In this document: positions 62,661 through 64,000 of the stretch, piece after piece | Position numbering within the stretch: the first letter of the stretch is position 1 | Layout: the number at the start of each line of letters is the position of its first letter | Assembly: GCA_017468205.1 (NCBI GenBank) | Contig: JAFUJK010000013.1 | Span: 2,020 to 66,019 of the forward strand | Length of the DNA stretch: 64,000 nucleotides | Direction of reading: 5' to 3' | Source: Clostridia bacterium | GTDB taxonomy: Bacteria; Bacillota; Clostridia; Christensenellales; UBA1242 | Notes under the pieces: model-generated | What the model was told of the DNA's origin: nothing | Database searches by the model: none | The model's input: only the letters and a program-made list of their open reading frames with translations | Made by a program: the position numbers and the translations under genes

Positions 62661-64000
62661 TGTTTTATAGTGAAAAAATACCAAACACTACAAAATCTAG
62701 CCTTCGAATTAGTTTAAGTGATTTTTCAAAGGGGTTAAATACACTTGCTACAGAAAACTTATTGCCCTTAAATTATGCAGTGAATACTTTTAATTTTGAT
62801 TTCAATCACGGTGGTTTAAAAACAGGATTAGGTATTAGAGAGCTCACATTTTATAATGGCGAGTATTCCAAAAATATGATAGTTCCATCTGGCAAAAAAG
62901 TGTTAAAATTCTGGCATTTTAAGCGTTTTGATAAGACAATTAACGATTTTTCACCTTTTTTAATGATTTATTGTGATGATGGTGTGATTTATGCTGGACG
63001 ATTAGCAACGCAGGATACTGCTTTTTACGATGTTGGAATTTCATTTGATACAAAGCCAAACGCGCTAAACTATCGTATTGATGGGGTGGATAATTTCTTG
63101 TGTCTTGCTCCTAATAAAATGATAACCTATAATGGGCTGGGTGAACCAAAAGTGTTTACTGAAAATATTCCATCTATAACCTCCGTAGCATTGCACGCTG
63201 AAAGGCTTTTTGCTACAACGGGTGGCGACCAAAGTCAACTTTGGTTTAGTGATGACTTAAATCCGACAAATTGGAATGTAGACCAATTTGATGGCGGTTA
63301 TATTGAATTAACTGATGAACGCGGAACTTTGAAGAAAGTTATTGAATCCAATAATTATTTATACATTATTAGGGAGTTTGGAATATCTCGCGTATCAGGT
63401 TGGGGTTTGCAAGATGATTTTACAGTAAAAAATCTATATCTTTCAACTGGAAAAATTTATTACAATAGTGCAGTATTGTGTGGTGATGTAATAATGATGA
63501 TGTGTCGTGATGGTGTCTATTGTTTTAATGGTGCAAGTATGCAAAGATTAAATCTTGGCATAGATAAGTACATAAAAGATGTTGAAAACAATAATGCGTG
63601 CGGGGCGTTTTTAGATGGTAAATATTATCTAGCGTGTAGGTTAAATTTTGATGATTCAAGGGAGATTGCTAGTGAAACCGACTATTCAAGTGTTAATAAT
63701 GCTTTAATTGAATATAATTTGACAACGGGGGCAATTAACATTATGCGAGGTATAGATATATGTGATATGGCACCATTTCAAACAGAATGGTTTAGTAAAT
63801 TGGTGGTGTGTTTAAGAAATGAAGGGGCACTTTATGAGATAACTCATCTAGGGCGTTCTTTGGGGATACCTACAACAAAAGTTTGGACAAGCCCTTACAC
63901 TGATATGGGGTATGCATTGTATAAGAAAAATATTAAAGCAATATATTTAAACACAAAAAGTAACATTACGCTGATTATTAATGCAGACGGGAAAGAGTAC
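62660..64000 (+). CDS. Large phage structural protein, 3' end outside the window
   Basis: A GTG at 62660 overlaps the previous TAG by 1 nt, and GAAGGTGG lies upstream. I translated the frame by hand and found it open to nt 64000 (about 447 codons: MFYSEKIPNTTKSSLRISLSDFSKGLNTLATENLLPLNYAVNTFNFDF...). It is not in the supplied ORF track, presumably because it has no stop. Confidence 0.6.
   Translation, partial: MFYSEKIPNTTKSSLRISLSDFSKGLNTLATENLLPLNYAVNTFNFDFNHGGLKTGLGIRELTFYNGEYSKNMIVPSGKKVLKFWHFKRFDKTINDFSPFLMIYCDDGVIYAGRLATQDTAFYDVGISFDTKPNALNYRIDGVDNFLCLAPNKMITYNGLGEPKVFTENIPSITSVALHAERLFATTGGDQSQLWFSDDLNPTNWNVDQFDGGYIELTDERGTLKKVIESNNYLYIIREFGISRVSGWGLQDDFTVKNLYLSTGKIYYNSAVLCGDVIMMMCRDGVYCFNGASMQRLNLGIDKYIKDVENNNACGAFLDGKYYLACRLNFDDSREIASETDYSSVNNALIEYNLTTGAINIMRGIDICDMAPFQTEWFSKLVVCLRNEGALYEITHLGRSLGIPTTKVWTSPYTDMGYALYKKNIKAIYLNTKSNITLIINADGKEY

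Larger units (their letters stand above)
53062..64000 (+). mobile_element. Prophage-like region (head morphogenesis module; right end beyond the window, left boundary uncertain)
   Basis: A co-oriented, tightly coupled gene string: TerL, small proteins, portal, scaffold, two capsid paralogs and further structural ORFs. It is preceded by a sigma-like regulator and a very AT-rich spacer. No integrase or att site is visible. Confidence 0.6.

Overview
A 64 kb chromosomal segment from a low-GC Gram-positive bacterium, probably a Clostridia-like Bacillota; this is inferred from strong AGGAGG-type ribosome-binding sites and gene content. Housekeeping genes are aspS, an ABC-F ATPase, acpP, trxB, glmM, a DEAD-box helicase, tRNA-Ser(CGA), rsfS, tsaE, a tsaB-rimI fusion, murF, ddl, murG, a type IIA topoisomerase B/A pair and a NodB-type deacetylase. 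These are interleaved with accessory material. (1) At the left end, a 5'-truncated GLUG-repeat protein gene is followed by one uninterrupted 13.7 kb ORF. It encodes a ~4,570 aa N-terminally anchored protein with FN3-like repeats and a DnaJ-like CxxCxGxG cysteine cluster at its extreme C-terminus. (2) Two paralogous surface-protein genes (about 23.3-24.6 kb and 29.4-31.2 kb) share a collinear 798 nt 3' module. Each carries an identical G12 homopolymer just after its Shine-Dalgarno-proximal ATG. At this length both are out of frame with that ATG, which makes them candidate slipped-strand phase-variation switches. (3) There are seven small XRE-type HTH genes, including three tandem genes spaced 1 nt apart and two divergent pairs with palindromic operators. 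(4) There are three small dispersed repeat families. The first is GTCATTGCGAGG...CGTGGCAATCTCGCC units. The second is a reused terminator cassette. The third is a triple 12-mer element that occurs once in frame inside a CDS and twice directly at TAG stop codons. (5) A phage-like head-morphogenesis module starts at about 53-54.6 kb and runs off the right edge. Its order is TerL, TerS-like fragment, Zn-ribbon protein, portal, scaffold, two tandem paralogous major-capsid genes, then further structural genes. No CRISPR array, rRNA, transposase, integrase or reverse transcriptase was recognised. All functional calls rest on motifs read by eye from the ORF translations; no database search was possible.
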